DNA of 64,000 nt from sequence record SRR9188677_231. One strand, 5' to 3'. Below the pieces are notes generated by a model. The model saw only the letters and a list, made by a program, of their open reading frames with translations, made no database searches and had not been told where the DNA came from. Shown one piece after another: positions 62,482-64,000 of the stretch (positions are counted from its first letter, which is position 1; each line of letters begins with the position of its first letter). The translations under genes and the position numbers were made by a program.

Positions 62482-63807
62482 ATGTCTTTTAAAAAACTAA
62501 TATTTCTAGCCTTATTCAGTGTGATCCTGATCGGGGGTTCCATATGGCTTTGGCGGGCTTATGAAGCACGGAATGGAGTTGTTGCGGATGAAGCAGACCC
62601 TGCCGCATCTCATGATGCAGACCATAAAAATGGGGGTAATCATGGGCCGGGCAGTGGTCGCCATCGTGGTGACAAACCTGTGCCAGTGTTGGTGACAGCG
62701 GTTGTCAAAGCCGATGTACCTATCATCCATTCGGCCTTGGGCACTGCAATTCCCTCCGCGGTAGTCACTGTTACCAGCCGTGTCAACGGTCAGCTGATAC
62801 AGGTGGCTTTTAAAGAAGGTGAACTGGTCAAACAAGGGCAGTTGCTGGCAAAGATAGACCCGAAACCATTTGAAACGGCGCTGGCACAAATCCAGGGCCA
62901 GGCCGTACGCAACCAGGCATTGCTGAAAAACAGCCAGATTGACCTGGAGCGTTTTAAAACGCTGCAATCGCAAGATTCGATTGCGTCACAGCAGGTAGAC
63001 TCACAGGCTTCATTGGTACAACAATACCAGGGTACGGTACAAGCTGACCACGCCTCGGTTGAGAATGCGAGGCTGCAACTCGGTTATACCAATATTATTG
63101 CTCCCGTCAGTGGCCGTATCGGTTTACGCCAGGTAGATAGCGGCAACAATATCACTACCACAAACCCGATTGCAGTTATTAACGCCATCCACCCTATTCA
63201 TGTGGTGTTTACACTGCCTGAAGACAAAATCACGCAACTGGTCCAACAAACACATACACCAGGCAGCCATCATAAATTCAAGGTGGAAGCCTGGGACAAA
63301 GCAAATAACACCAGGCTGGCCAACGGCTTTTTGACCAGTATTGATAACCAGATTGACACCACTTCTGGCACGCTGAAACTCAAAGCGGAATTTTCCAATG
63401 AAGACAATCGCCTGTTTCCCAACCAGTTCATCAATGTCCGCCTGTATAGCGACACCATACGGAATGCCAGTGTTATTCCGGTCAATGCTTTACAGCATGG
63501 GCCGGACGGCGCCTTTGTTTACAAGATTGTGCGTGACGAGAAAGGCGACAAGGTCATCCTGCAGCCGGTCACCGTTGGTCACACTACCGGTGAAATTGCG
63601 GCCATCACAAATGGTCTCGCTGTAAATGACCAGGTAGTCAGCAGCGGCATAGATAAACTGAAACAGAATGCCAAAGTAAAAATTAAAAACCCGGCCAATG
63701 CATTTGACGATAAAGATGAGCCAGGTGCCGAAAAAAAATCCAGGCGTCCTCACGGTACTGGCTCTCCGGACCAGAAACATAAACGCCGTTCGGATGCGCC
63801 TGCTTAA
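62482..63807 (+). CDS. mdtA: MdtA/MuxA-family RND periplasmic adaptor
   Basis: SRVNGQL, IAPVSGRIGLRQVD, DNQIDTTSGT and LFPNQF motifs. Confidence 0.9.
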   Translation: MSFKKLIFLALFSVILIGGSIWLWRAYEARNGVVADEADPAASHDADHKNGGNHGPGSGRHRGDKPVPVLVTAVVKADVPIIHSALGTAIPSAVVTVTSRVNGQLIQVAFKEGELVKQGQLLAKIDPKPFETALAQIQGQAVRNQALLKNSQIDLERFKTLQSQDSIASQQVDSQASLVQQYQGTVQADHASVENARLQLGYTNIIAPVSGRIGLRQVDSGNNITTTNPIAVINAIHPIHVVFTLPEDKITQLVQQTHTPGSHHKFKVEAWDKANNTRLANGFLTSIDNQIDTTSGTLKLKAEFSNEDNRLFPNQFINVRLYSDTIRNASVIPVNALQHGPDGAFVYKIVRDEKGDKVILQPVTVGHTTGEIAAITNGLAVNDQVVSSGIDKLKQNAKVKIKNPANAFDDKDEPGAEKKSRRPHGTGSPDQKHKRRSDAPA

Positions 63808-63825
63808 GCAGCGCACTGGTTGATG

Positions 63826-64000
63826 ATGAATCCGTCTCGAATTTTTATCTTGCGCCCGGTGGCGACCTCGCTGCTGATGCTGGCCATCTTGCTGGCTGGC
63901 ATTCTGTCATACAGCCTGTTACCTAAGGCCGCTTTACCGCAAGTTGATTACCCGATTATCCAGGTGGTGACTTTGTACCCTGGCGCTAGTGCGGAAGTAA
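63826..64000 (+). CDS. mdtB: MdtB/MuxB RND transporter, N-terminus (runs off window)
   Basis: [18 protein letters not shown]...[22 protein letters not shown]. Confidence 0.88.
   Translation, partial: MNPSRIFILRPVATSLLMLAILLAGILSYSLLPKAALPQVDYPIIQVVTLYPGASAEV

Noticed and set aside
1-64000. CRISPR arrays, transposases, prophage or anti-phage defence genes
   Set aside because: No repeat-spacer periodicity or recognisable motifs found.

Overview
Betaproteobacterial chromosome segment, probably Methylophilaceae (inferred from gene order and an MxaD-like gene; not verified). Bases 1-32 kb are mostly core genes: dedD-folC-accD-trpABF-truA-fimV-asd, yajQ, ppnP, leuBDC, cimA, argGFD, mqo, rlmB-rnr and tRNA-Leu, plus a GH55-like glucanase and an alpha/beta hydrolase. 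Bases 32-38.5 kb hold small accessory genes and ORFans. Bases 38.6-64 kb form one coherent accessory system built around a sensor-less, SfnR-like sigma-54 activator. Seven intergenic promoters share one layout: a pair of TGT-N10-ACA-like enhancer sites, an IHF-like box and a sigma-54 -24/-12 element. They drive two TonB-dependent receptors, a TonB-ExbBD set, several uncharacterised periplasmic and membrane proteins, c- and b-type cytochromes, hydrolases, a DsbD/peroxiredoxin-like pair and an RND efflux system. Many of these proteins are almost free of Met and Cys. I read this as an apparently undescribed sulfur-starvation (organosulfur-scavenging) regulon; the function is inference. All family assignments are from motif recognition by eye, with no database searches.
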